A DNA stretch of 22,720 nt, taken from positions 1-22,720 of the forward strand of contig JAYUUO010000286.1 in assembly GCA_043754515.1 (NCBI GenBank), given 5' to 3'. Origin of the DNA: Armatimonadota bacterium. Lineage in GTDB: Bacteria; Armatimonadota; Armatimonadia; Armatimonadales; Armatimonadaceae. Positions 1-9,393 of this stretch are shown here, piece after piece (position 1 is the stretch's first letter; each line of letters starts with the position of its first letter). The notes under the pieces are model-generated. The model was not told where the DNA came from and did no database searches. It worked only from the letters and a program-made list of their open reading frames with translations. The translations under genes and the position numbers were made by a program.

Positions 1-1110
1 TCCGCGCCTCCGGTGCCGTGGGGTATGTCACCGGACGATTTACCCACCTTATGGAGACGTTGCTGAGGCAGTGCCGGAATTCGTCGCTTGTAGGCACCGG
101 TACTTGGAACGCGTTTATCCTGCTCTTCGTCAGCGCGCCAGATCCTGTCAATGGGTACTGGCTATTATATCTTTGTTCATAAGGAGGCGACATTGGGTGC
201 TGTTTTTCTCTCGTACAACTACTTCATGTTGCTGTTGATGCCGGTCTTCGACATCGGGGAGCAGGTACGCAGTTTGCAACGCACGATGGCGAGCCTCAAG
301 CGCATCAACGAACTGTTCCTGACAAGGTCGGCGATCACTGACGAGGGGACTGATGTCCTGCCGGATCGGGCACTCTCCGTGGAGTTGGAAAACGTCACCT
401 TCGGCTATGATGAGGATCGCAAAGTCCTCTCTAACGTCTCCTTCCATCTGCCGACCGGCGAGCGGATGGGTATTCTGGGGAGGACCGGAAGCGGGAAGAC
501 CACGCTGACGCGCCTGCTCTTGCGCCTGTATGACGCGACGAGTGGCGCGGTCCGCTTGGACTCTACGGATATTCGTGACATAAAGGTCGCCGATCTGAGA
601 CGCCACGTCGGGATGGTGACACAGGATGTACAACTCTTCCAGGCGACACTGCGTGAGAATCTGACGCTGTTCGATACCACGGTTGACGACGCCGAAATCA
701 TCGGGGTTCTGCGGAAACTGGGCCTCCGTGAGTGGTTCCACTCGCTACCGGAGGGGCTGGATACGCGGTTATCTGCCGGCGGCGGGGGGCTTTCCGGCGG
801 CGAGGCCCAACTGCTCGCGCTGACGCGTGTGTTTCTGCAACGCCCCGGACTGGTCATATTGGACGAGCCCTCCTCCCACCTGGATCCCGCCACCGAAAGC
901 ATTCTGCGGACGGCACTGGAACACCTGTTCGAGAATCGTACGGTGATCATTATCGCCCATCGTCTGGCGACGGTGGAGCAGGTGGATCAGATCCTGATTC
1001 TAGAGAACGGGCAGGTAGTGGAAAACGGCCCACGGGAAGCGCTTCTCAACGACCCGAACTCGCATTACCGAAATCTGCTTCGGCACGGGATGGATGAGGT
1101 ACTGGGATGA
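1..1110 (+). pseudogene. ABC exporter half-transporter (TMD+NBD), 5'-truncated by the window, with an apparent +1 frameshift near 138
   Basis: ORF 151..1110 has Walker A GRTGSGKT, signature LSGGEAQ, Walker B VILDE and IAHRL. Its frame has TGA at 64-66. Frame 3 from base 3 reads TMD-like RASGAVGYVTGRF...AFILLFVSA and joins QILSMGTGYY if one C at ~138 (gcg[c]cag) is removed. Confidence 0.75.
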
Positions 1111-2237
1111 CGAGAGGTCAATTGTTGTGGCGGATGGCATCGTTCCGGCTGAACGCGACGCGGAAGAAAGCCCAGCTGGATGAAGTTCTCCTCGGGCGCA
1201 CGGTGGGTTCCCTGTCTGGAATTACGGTGGCCATAGGCACGGCGGTGATTCTCTTCCTTTCCGGTCGGAGCATGCGCGTGGGAGCCTTCACGGTCGGGAA
1301 CCTGGCACTCTATATCTTCTTGCTGAACTGGATCACTTCGATCATCTCCTCGTTCGGTGATCGCCTGGTAGCCTACCAGCGGCTGGGGGTATCGTTCGAC
1401 CGGTTGCAAGTCCTGCTCGCCGGTGCCACCGCAGACTCCCTTTTCGACGGGAAGATGCGGAACACCTAGTCTCCCGGCGACGCGTTGCTGATTGACAAGA
1501 GCTTCCAATCCCTGGAACTCACCGGTCTGACATACCGTTTCCCGGGATCGGAGCGCGGCATCACCAACATCAACCTCGCGGTTCCCAAAGGCTCGTTGAC
1601 GGTTATCACGGGGCGTATCGGCTCCGGGAAGACGACCTTGCTCCGGGTGCTTCTGGGGTTGATCCCGAGAGCCGCCGGGAACATCTACTGGAATCAAAAA
1701 CGGGTCGAATCCCCCGAGGATTTCCTTGTCCCGCCGCGTGTCGCTTACACCGCGCAGGTGCCGGTCGTGTTCAGCGAGTCGGTCAGAAATAATATCCTCA
1801 TGGGGCGCGATGAGAATCCGGAAGAGCTTGAGGCCGCGTTGAACCGCTCCATTCTTGAGCGGGATCTGGGGGAGATGCCTCTGGGGTTGGACACAAGAAT
1901 CGGCGTTCGCGGGGTTCGTCTCTCCGGCGGACAAGTTCAGCGACTGGCGGCGGCCCGCATGTTCGTGCGGAAGACGCCACTTCTCGTCATAGACGATCTA
2001 TCCAGCGCGTTAGACGTCGAGACGGAGCATCAACTCTGGGAAACTCTGCTCAGCACCCGACAGACCACGTATATCGTAGTCTCCCACCGGCACGCACTTC
2101 TTCGCCGGGCCGACAACATCGTCGTGCTGAAAGATGGACGTGTCACCGGGCAAGGTAAGCTTGACGATCTCCTCGCGGTCAACGAGGAGATGCGGCAGTT
2201 ATGGCTACGCACCGTCTCTGACGGCGACGAGACTTGA
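1107..2237 (+). pseudogene. Partner ABC half-transporter, interrupted by an in-frame TAG (1467-1469), with a shortened TMD
   Basis: ATGA overlap with the upstream gene. ORFs 1107..1469 and 1485..2237 share a frame and are separated only by TAG. The NBD has [21 protein letters not shown] and VSHR. The TMD portion is only ~120 aa with about 2 hydrophobic helices. Confidence 0.8.
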
Positions 2238-2327
2238 ACAATCATGGAGTCGTACCTGAAGCCAAAGGTCCATCACGCGGCGGTGGCCAATACGGAAACG
2301 CCATGCGGCCCAGTATACGAAAAAATC

Positions 2328-2356
2328 TTGCGCCGGGCCTCGCCGGGTGGTATATT
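2328..2356 (+). promoter_or_regulatory. Sigma70-type promoter of tRNA-Phe
   Basis: TTGCGC (2328-2333), 17 bp spacer, TATATT (2351-2356) preceded by TGG (extended -10); A-tract upstream of the -35. Confidence 0.7.
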
Positions 2357-2397
2357 GACCTTCGTGCCCGGACGCGAGCAGTCGCCCACCCGAACAC

Positions 2398-2470
2398 GCC
2401 GCTTTAGCTCAGTTGGTAGAGCAATGGACTGAAAATCCATGTGTCCCCAGTTCGAGTCTGGGAGGTGGCA
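2398..2470 (+). tRNA. tRNA-Phe (GAA), CCA not encoded
   Basis: 73 nt. Acceptor GCCGCTT/AGGTGGC, D-arm GCTCAGTTGGTAGAGC, anticodon arm ATGGA-CTGAAAA-TCCAT, T-arm CCCAG-TTCGAGT-CTGGG. Confidence 0.97.
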
Positions 2471-2486
2471 TACGAACGCATAACTC

Positions 2487-2516
2487 GCCACCTTCGCTTT
2501 CGGAGGTGGCTTTTTT
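2487..2516 (+). terminator. Intrinsic terminator after tRNA-Phe
   Basis: GCCACCTTCG-cttt-CGGAGGTGGC followed by TTTTTT. Confidence 0.8.
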
Positions 2517-2517
2517 C

Positions 2518-3822
2518 ATGCCGAACGTTTCTCCGCCCTCCAAACGCATCGTTCTAACCACCTTCGGCTCGCTCGGTGATCTGCATCCCTATCTCGCGCT
2601 AGCCATCGGCTTGCGGGATCGTGGGCACCTTCCTGTCCTCGCGACGCACGGCGTTTACCGCGCTAAAGTCGAGTCGGAGGGCATCGCGTTTCACGCCGTC
2701 GCCCCGGACATAGCCGACTTCGGTGATGAGCGGGAGTTTACGCGCCGCGCTTTCGCGACGCGTGGAGGCATCGAGTTTCTGGTGAGGAAGGCGGTGGTCG
2801 AGCCGTTCCCCCGCACCTACGCCGACCTCCAAGCCGTGGTCGAGGCGCACCAAGCCGATCTCGTCATCGGGCACCCGCTCACGTTCGCGGCGCGGATGGT
2901 CGCCGAAAAACGCGGCGTACCGTGGCTCTCGGTCGCGCTCGCGCCGGGGTCATTTCTGTCCGCGTACGACCCCTTCGTGTTCCCTCAGGCAGCGTTCATC
3001 TCCGCCCTGCAACCCGCGATCGGCGTGGCGATGTTCCGCGGACTTCTTAATCTGCTCACAAAGGTGCCGTACCGATGGACGAAGCCGGTGCGCGACTTCC
3101 GGCGGACGATTGGCCTGCCGCCGTCCGACGCGGACCCGCTTTTTGACGGCCAGTTTTCGCCATACGGCACGCTAGCACTGTTCGCATCCGCGCTAGGCTT
3201 GCCGCAACCGGATTGGCCCGCGAAGGCGACGCAGACGGGCTTCTGCTTCTATGATAAACTTGCCGCAGGGAGTGACCTGCCCCCGGAGGCGGAAGAGTTT
3301 CTAAGCACTGGGGACGCGCCCGTTGTTTTCACCCTCGGCTCGGCGGCGGTTATGGACGCGGGGCGGTTTTATGAGGTTAGCAACGCGGCGGCTAGGCAAC
3401 TCGGGTGCCGGGCTATCTTGCTCACCGGGAGGGATCCGCGAAACATCCCCGCATCGCTACCTGCCGGGGTGATAGCCATCCCGTACGCCCCCTTCTCGCA
3501 ACTGTTCCCGCGTTGCGCCGTGATCGTACATCAAGGCGGCGTCGGCACTACGGGACAGGCGATGCGCTCGGGCCGTCCGCAACTCGTCGTCCCGCACGGC
3601 TTCGACCAGCCGGATAACGCCCACCGTATCGTACAACGTGGCTTAGGACTTCCCATCTCCCGATCCGGCTACCACGCGGGAAGCGTCACGAGGGCCTTAT
3701 CCGCGCTGCTAACCGGCACCGGCTATGCGGCGCGGGCGGCGGAAGTGGGTGCGCGGATACGGGGCGAAAACGGCATCGCCGCCGCGTGCGACGCCGTCGA
3801 GTCGGTGCTAGAAGTGGCCTAG
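2518..3822 (+). CDS. GT1-family (GT-B fold) glycosyltransferase, RhlB/sterol-glucosyltransferase-like
   Basis: N-terminal LTTFGSLGDLHP; C-terminal VHQGGVGTT...PHGFDQPDNA. Start moved to ATG 2518 because the longer ORF overlaps the tRNA; GGAGGT lies 10 nt upstream. Confidence 0.9.
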   Translation: MPNVSPPSKRIVLTTFGSLGDLHPYLALAIGLRDRGHLPVLATHGVYRAKVESEGIAFHAVAPDIADFGDEREFTRRAFATRGGIEFLVRKAVVEPFPRTYADLQAVVEAHQADLVIGHPLTFAARMVAEKRGVPWLSVALAPGSFLSAYDPFVFPQAAFISALQPAIGVAMFRGLLNLLTKVPYRWTKPVRDFRRTIGLPPSDADPLFDGQFSPYGTLALFASALGLPQPDWPAKATQTGFCFYDKLAAGSDLPPEAEEFLSTGDAPVVFTLGSAAVMDAGRFYEVSNAAARQLGCRAILLTGRDPRNIPASLPAGVIAIPYAPFSQLFPRCAVIVHQGGVGTTGQAMRSGRPQLVVPHGFDQPDNAHRIVQRGLGLPISRSGYHAGSVTRALSALLTGTGYAARAAEVGARIRGENGIAAACDAVESVLEVA

Positions 3823-4556
3823 ACCGCGCCGGTGGGGAACGTGGGGAGATCCGAGATGGTGACCCCACCCTCGTCGTTCGTCTGGAACAACACACGCTCT
3901 GGCAGACAGAGCGCGGTCAGTGGGCCACCCCGAAACGCCGCAGTATCAATCCCTATCTTGTCGGCTAGCACCCGGACCTGTGCGAACGGCGTGTGCCCGT
4001 GTACGACGATGCGCCCCGACGGGTCGTAGGAATCCAGAAACTCTTCGCGCACCCAGAGCAACGTTTCCCCAAGCGTGTCCTCCGGCTCGCGCCCCGGTAG
4101 AAGCCCCGCATGAACGAACAGGTACGGCTCCATGGCGGCAATGCCGGTTTCGGCTCCGCGGAAGAAGAGGCGCAATAAGCCAAGCAACCGTCGCAAATCG
4201 GGGGGGCACTTCACGGCGAACATCTGCGGCGTCTTGTATCCCCATGACTCCATCGCGACCAAGCCACCGTTTCGGAACCAGTCGTACGGGTCGTAGGGTA
4301 TACCAGTCGGAGAGAGAGTTCGGAAGTTGCTCGCCGCCATGTCCTCATGATTGCCCCACAGCAAAATCGTTCGCGTTGGGGCGCGGTCGTGCTCGGCCAG
4401 CACTCGCCGTACCACTTCCGCCGAACTCGGCCCACGGTCAATGTAGTCGCCGAGAAAGATCGTGTAGTCGTCTTCCCCGCGCGGGAGAGCATTCAGTAAC
4501 GTGTCAAGTTTCGTAATCTCCCCATGTATATCCCCAATCACCCAGACAGAAGCCAT
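3819..4556 (-). CDS. Calcineurin-like metallophosphoesterase (PphA-like Ser/Thr phosphatase family)
   Basis: Motifs GDIHG, GDYIDRG, GNHE, VHAG, HGHT and IDT. Confidence 0.92.
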   Translation of the reverse strand: MASVWVIGDIHGEITKLDTLLNALPRGEDDYTIFLGDYIDRGPSSAEVVRRVLAEHDRAPTRTILLWGNHEDMAASNFRTLSPTGIPYDPYDWFRNGGLVAMESWGYKTPQMFAVKCPPDLRRLLGLLRLFFRGAETGIAAMEPYLFVHAGLLPGREPEDTLGETLLWVREEFLDSYDPSGRIVVHGHTPFAQVRVLADKIGIDTAAFRGGPLTALCLPERVLFQTNDEGGVTISDLPTFPTGAV

Positions 4557-4563
4557 ATCCCCT

Positions 4564-4607
4564 ATTGTATCGCCGGTTTGCGCAATTGCCTGTTTCCCCC
4601 GTATAAT
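4564..4607. promoter_or_regulatory. Divergent promoters for the phosphatase and the MalK-like gene
   Basis: Plus strand: TTGCGC (4578-4583), 18 bp, TATAAT (4602-4607). Minus strand: TACAAT (4569-4564), 7 nt before the phosphatase ATG. Confidence 0.6.
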
Positions 4608-4733
4608 GTCATCATCTCCCTCGCCACCGGTGGCGTTTCCCGCCCGCTGTCATGCGTCGGTACGGTCGGAACCTCTCCTCCCGAGCACGGTTCTGCCCTG
4701 GCGAATTGAAATCAAGGACACCTAATATCAAAT

Positions 4734-5906
4734 ATGGCACGCGTCACCCTCAGTAACCTTACTAAAGTTTTCAACGACCCGCAGTCCAAAAAAGAAGTCA
4801 CCGCGGTGGACAACGTCAACCTGGAAATCAAGGATGGCGAGTTCATGGTGTTGGTCGGGCCTTCGGGTTGCGGCAAGACGACCACCATGCGGATGGTCGC
4901 CGGTCTAGAAGAGATTTCGGGCGGTGAGATCCACATCGGTGACCGCATGGTCAACGACGTCCCGCCCCGCGACCGCGACATCGCGATGGTGTTCCAGAAC
5001 TACGCGCTCTACCCGCACATGAGCGTGTACGACAACATCGCATTCGGTCTGCGCCTCCGGATGCTTCCCTCGTTGCCGCAACAGTTGCTCAACATGAGCG
5101 AGACCCGGCGTATCAAAGAGGATATTGACCGCCGTGTCCGTGTCGCCGCCGAGTCTGTGAACATCACGCAGTTTCTGGATCGGAAGCCGAAGGCGTTATC
5201 GGGCGGTCAGCGTCAGCGCGTTGCCTTAGGTCGCGCCATTGTGCGCGACGCTCAGGTGTTCCTGATGGATGAACCGCTGTCGAATCTCGACGCGAAACTG
5301 CGTGTCCAGACTCGCGCCGAGCTGATCAAACTGCACCGACGCCTCGGCGTTACCACGATATACGTCACCCACGATCAGGTCGAAGCGATGACGATGGGCC
5401 AGCGGATCGCGGTGATGAACAACGGTCTACTTCAGCAGTGTGACACGCCGCTTAATGTGTACCATCATCCGGTAAACAAGTTCGTCGCGGGGTTCCTCGG
5501 CATGCCGCCGATGAATTTCATTGACGACTCGATAGTCAGCCAGAAGAACGGCAATATCTACCTGGACACGACCGGGTTCTCGGTGCGCATCCCGACCACT
5601 AAAGGCGAGAAGTTGTCCGCCTACCTCGGCCGGAAAGTAACGCTCGGCATCCGCCCGCAGAGCATCCAGGACAAGTTCCTCGCGACCGCCGATCAGATGG
5701 AGACTGGTACCGTGGTTCGGATGCACGTGGATGTGATCGAGCCGCTCGGGGCGGTGACGACGCTGTTCCTGAACGCGGAGGGAATCAACCTGGTCGCCGA
5801 AGTCGAAGCGGAAACCCCGGCAAAAGAAGGCGGGCCGCTCGACGTGGTGTTGGACGGCGCGGCGGTGTACGCGTTCGATCCCGAGACGGAACTCACCATC
5901 ATCTGA
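4734..5906 (+). CDS. Carbohydrate ABC importer ATP-binding subunit (MalK/MsmX/UgpC family)
   Basis: GPSGCGKTT, MVFQNYALYPHM, LSGGQRQRVALGRA, DEPLSNLDAKLR, YVTHDQVEAM, and a C-terminal TOBE-like region. Confidence 0.95.
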   Translation: MARVTLSNLTKVFNDPQSKKEVTAVDNVNLEIKDGEFMVLVGPSGCGKTTTMRMVAGLEEISGGEIHIGDRMVNDVPPRDRDIAMVFQNYALYPHMSVYDNIAFGLRLRMLPSLPQQLLNMSETRRIKEDIDRRVRVAAESVNITQFLDRKPKALSGGQRQRVALGRAIVRDAQVFLMDEPLSNLDAKLRVQTRAELIKLHRRLGVTTIYVTHDQVEAMTMGQRIAVMNNGLLQQCDTPLNVYHHPVNKFVAGFLGMPPMNFIDDSIVSQKNGNIYLDTTGFSVRIPTTKGEKLSAYLGRKVTLGIRPQSIQDKFLATADQMETGTVVRMHVDVIEPLGAVTTLFLNAEGINLVAEVEAETPAKEGGPLDVVLDGAAVYAFDPETELTII

Positions 5907-5973
5907 CCCCTGGCCGGAGGAGGTGCGTCCCGCGCGACTTCCTCCCCTTCCCTCTCGCCAACCAAGAACGAAG

Positions 5974-6504
5974 TCACAGTGCCTTTGAGAGCACGTCACG
6001 CGACTTCGCGTCTAGTGAATCGGTGTCTCGCACCTCGAAGCGGTTGCCTTCGGGGTCGGTGATTAGCACCCGGTTCTGGCCCAGGTTTTGCACCGAATCC
6101 TTGATGTTGCGTAGCGAGTAGGTGCGTGTCCCCCGATCGGTCACCATCTCCCAGTCAATGACGCCGTACTGCTCCTTCACACGCACGGTCCGCTCCCAGA
6201 CGGGCAGGAAATAACGCCGCTCCAATTCCTCGGTGATGATGCGGCGTGAATCCGCGTCAATTCCGTCTAGCGACACCAGAGTACCGATGTCTTTGTCGGA
6301 CGCGTCGCGCAGTCCGATGTACTTGTCCGGGTCGGAGAACGGGAAGGCGCGGGCGATGCGCACATCGGCATAGCAACGATCCGGCGTCAGTCGAGGATCG
6401 CCCTCCGCCGTCAGGCGAACCGTCACGCTTCCCGGTGCCGGTCGGGAAAGACGCACGGCAGAGGGTGACAGCAGTATTAGATCAGAGTGTTGTTCGTCGT
6501 TCAT
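5974..6504 (-). CDS. DUF1854-like protein
   Basis: Recognised pattern RAFPFSDPDKYI...EELERRYFLP...W...TDRG...LITDPEGNRF; lies directly downstream of an ABC transporter, the usual context. Start 6504 or 6525. Confidence 0.8.
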   Translation of the reverse strand: MNDEQHSDLILLSPSAVRLSRPAPGSVTVRLTAEGDPRLTPDRCYADVRIARAFPFSDPDKYIGLRDASDKDIGTLVSLDGIDADSRRIITEELERRYFLPVWERTVRVKEQYGVIDWEMVTDRGTRTYSLRNIKDSVQNLGQNRVLITDPEGNRFEVRDTDSLDAKSRDVLSKAL

Positions 6505-6588
6505 GATGTAGTGTCGCTCCCCCAACTAGCGAGCATTGGCGGACGCGAATTTCAACCCACGCCTGGTCTTTCAGTCCTCGTAAATCTT

Positions 6589-8841
6589 TCAGCCTTCGTA
6601 GATTCGCATCTTGTTAACTTCGAGCTGCATCTCGACCAGCCGCCGGAAGATCCCGTTTTCTTTGTCCATCAGTTCGTCGTGCGTGCCCATCTCCGCGACC
6701 TTCCCCTTGTCCATCACTATCAGGCGGTCCGCGTTTCGCAAGGTCGAGAGGCGGTGCGCGATAGCGAACGTCGTGCGCCCGGAGATCAGCCGCTGGATCG
6801 CCTGCTGTATCTCTGCCTCTGTCTCGGTGTCTACGCTCGCCGTCGCCTCGTCCAGAATCAGAATGCGCGGGTCGTGCAGAATGGCGCGGGCGATGGAGAG
6901 ACGTTGACGCTCGCCGCCCGAAAGCCGAACCCCGCGCTCCCCTACCTGCGTGTCGTAGCCGTCAGGAAAACGCATCACGAAGTCATGCGCGTTCGCCGCT
7001 TTCGCCGCCCGCATCACCTGCTCCGGCGTCGCGTCGGGGTTCGCGTAGGCGATATTGTCCGAGATCGTGCCGGGGAACAGGAACGGCTCCTGAAGCACGA
7101 TGCCGAGTTGACGGCGCAGATCATGTAGCTTAACGCCGCGCATGTCTACCCCGTCCAGCAGAATCCGCCCCTCCGTCGGGTCATAAAACCGGGAGATCAG
7201 GTTAATGATCGTGGTCTTCCCCGCGCCGGAGTGCCCGACCAGCCCGATCATCTCGCCCGGCTTGACGTCGAGATCCACGCTGTCGAGAACACGCCGCGCT
7301 TTATCATAGCCGAACGAGACGTTCTCGAAGCGGATCGCGCCCTCAATCCGCGAGAGCGGCACGGCGTCCGCCGCGTCCTTCACGTCCGACTCGGTGTCCA
7401 GTATCTCGAACACACGCTCCGCTGCCGTCACCGCGCGGGAGAGCCAGTCCGCTATGCGGGTCATCTGCTGGAGCGGCCCGTACAATTGCCCCAGGTAGAA
7501 AAGAAACATCTGGAAAGTGCCGAGGGTCATCAGGTTGCCGACCACGGACCGCCCGCCGACAAACCAGACGATGAACGAGCCAGACGACATCAGAAAGCCG
7601 ATCAGCGGGAACACTGTCGCCCAGTTCTGCTCCACGGATAGGTTCACAGTGAACAGTGAGCCGACGCGGCGCCGGAACTGCGACTTTTCCCGGTCTTCCT
7701 GAGCGAACGCCTTGACGACGCGCGTTCCCGCAAGCGTCGAGTTGAGAGTGGCCGTCATAACCGAGCGAAGGTGCCACATCCGCTCCATCTGGCGGCGCAG
7801 GAACCCCCACGTCATCCTCGTTGCCAGCACCACCAGCGGGACCGGTAGCACCACGAGAAGCGTCAGCCACGGGTTCCAAAACAGGAGTACGACCACGATC
7901 CCCACGATAGTCAGGCCGTTCACAACCAGGAACTGTAACCCGTCCACGAGAAAGTTGTTCAGTTCGTTCACATCCTGTGTCACGCGGGCGAGTAGCGCGC
8001 CGGTCTGCCGCTTATCGTAGTAGGACAACCCCAGTTGTTGCAGATGGTCGAAAACCTGCGTGCGGAGCCGGAGCGTGATGCTACCGGACAGGAACGCCGA
8101 GAGCCGCCCCCGGAAGACGGTGAGTACGGCGGCGAACAGTTGCGTACCGACGAGAAGTCCCACCAACAGCGGGAGCGAGGAGAGCCGCTCCGTCGCGGTG
8201 ATGGAAAGGTTTCGCGGGGCGAGCACATCGTCGGTCAGGTGCTTGACGACGATGCCCGGCGCGAGACCGGCGGCTGTCGCGGCGATCATCAGGAGTGCCA
8301 GTACGACCGCCTCCCCTTTCCGCTCGGCGGCGTACCCGAAGAGGCGCGCGAGCGTCTTGCCCTGGTTCAGACAGGCTTTGCAAACATCATTGTCGCCGGG
8401 GAGCGGCCGCCCGCACTTAGGACACATCCGGCGTTCCTCCAGCATGTCGGCACCTTCGGGGAGCGTGTCGCCGGTCGCGAGCGCGTTCAAAGCCCGCGCA
8501 ATCCCCGCCATGTTCCCAGCGAGCGAGGTGCCATACCGAAGCAGTTCGAGCGTGTCCCCGGTGCCCTTGCGCACGGCGAGGAGGCTCCCCCCGCCGACCA
8601 TCGCCTCGTCACGTACGGACGCTAAATCGGCGAAGCGCAAGGTGAGGTCCGGGTCCGCCTCCCCGGCTCCGGTGTAGACGCGGAGCGCGTTCGTGTCCGC
8701 GACGAGCCAGCGCGAACCGAAGTCGCCATTTGCCAATCGGTCTGTCTGTACGGCGACGTGAAGCGGCAAGTCACCGGTGCCGTTGCGGTGTACGGCGAGT
8801 TGGCGCGAAAGATTGACGGGAAGTTCTTCTAAAAGGGGCAT
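6589..8841 (-). CDS. ABC exporter (TMD+NBD) with N-terminal extension and C4 zinc ribbon, DUF1854-associated type
   Basis: CPKC-x9-CKAC precedes the TM region; NBD has GHSGAGKT, LSGGERQR, LILDEAT and IAHRL. Confidence 0.92.
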   Translation of the reverse strand: MPLLEELPVNLSRQLAVHRNGTGDLPLHVAVQTDRLANGDFGSRWLVADTNALRVYTGAGEADPDLTLRFADLASVRDEAMVGGGSLLAVRKGTGDTLELLRYGTSLAGNMAGIARALNALATGDTLPEGADMLEERRMCPKCGRPLPGDNDVCKACLNQGKTLARLFGYAAERKGEAVVLALLMIAATAAGLAPGIVVKHLTDDVLAPRNLSITATERLSSLPLLVGLLVGTQLFAAVLTVFRGRLSAFLSGSITLRLRTQVFDHLQQLGLSYYDKRQTGALLARVTQDVNELNNFLVDGLQFLVVNGLTIVGIVVVLLFWNPWLTLLVVLPVPLVVLATRMTWGFLRRQMERMWHLRSVMTATLNSTLAGTRVVKAFAQEDREKSQFRRRVGSLFTVNLSVEQNWATVFPLIGFLMSSGSFIVWFVGGRSVVGNLMTLGTFQMFLFYLGQLYGPLQQMTRIADWLSRAVTAAERVFEILDTESDVKDAADAVPLSRIEGAIRFENVSFGYDKARRVLDSVDLDVKPGEMIGLVGHSGAGKTTIINLISRFYDPTEGRILLDGVDMRGVKLHDLRRQLGIVLQEPFLFPGTISDNIAYANPDATPEQVMRAAKAANAHDFVMRFPDGYDTQVGERGVRLSGGERQRLSIARAILHDPRILILDEATASVDTETEAEIQQAIQRLISGRTTFAIAHRLSTLRNADRLIVMDKGKVAEMGTHDELMDKENGIFRRLVEMQLEVNKMRIYEG

Positions 8842-8943
8842 GGTTGAAATGCGACGGGGTACTACCCCCGTTGCAGTTCTTAAGGTACCCTATAAAACAG
8901 GCAAAAACAAACGTTCCCCGAGGAAACGATGACTGAAGCGTGG

Positions 8944-9393
8944 CTACGTGGTTCCGGCGTCCGCCGCCGCCGTAGCGACGCCATCAGTGCCAGGGTCGCC
9001 CCACGGGGAGGGCAAGGGCGATGAGGCAAAGGAAAAACTGCCGTCATCGGCGAGGTGGATTATGATCGTGCCCTCTATCACCCCGTCTAGCAAGGCGCGG
9101 TTCATCTCGTTTTGGAGTAGGCGATCCGGCTCCGCGCCGCCCTTCGGACGGCGTTGCCGCTCGCCGAGTTCGCGTAACGCCTCCGTCTCGGAGCGAACAT
9201 TCCTCGCCCAGACGAGCACTCCCTGGAGCATGTCCAGCCGGGCACCCTGCTCCCCACGCGACCGCAGTATCGCCGTAATCAAGGAGCGGATCTCGGCGTA
9301 GGAGTCGTACACCGGCGGGGCGGCTTTGCGCCGATGTTCCGGCTTCGCGGGTTCTTCGACAGGTCGTGTCCTCGGGCGTCCTCTACCGGGCAT
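8944..9393 (-). CDS. Hypothetical protein with N-terminal AT-hook-like motif (GRGRPR)
   Basis: Fills the gap after dnaN. AGGTGA (9405-9400) is properly spaced to ATG 9393; TACAAT at 9491-9486. Confidence 0.7.
   Translation of the reverse strand: MPGRGRPRTRPVEEPAKPEHRRKAAPPVYDSYAEIRSLITAILRSRGEQGARLDMLQGVLVWARNVRSETEALRELGERQRRPKGGAEPDRLLQNEMNRALLDGVIEGTIIIHLADDGSFSFASSPLPSPWGDPGTDGVATAAADAGTT

Noticed and set aside
1467..1469. Pyrrolysine or other programmed read-through of the TAG
   Set aside because: No pyl genes in the window, TAG ends normal genes here (e.g. GT1, dnaN), and other lesions in the same gene pair point to decay.
2398..2510. tRNA-Phe as the att site of an intact genomic island
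   Set aside because: No integrase and no distal long copy of the tRNA 3' end seen in the window; only a 9-bp local repeat.
2413..2517. N-terminal extension of the GT1 ORF
   Set aside because: Runs through the tRNA and terminator; ATG 2518 fits the family start.
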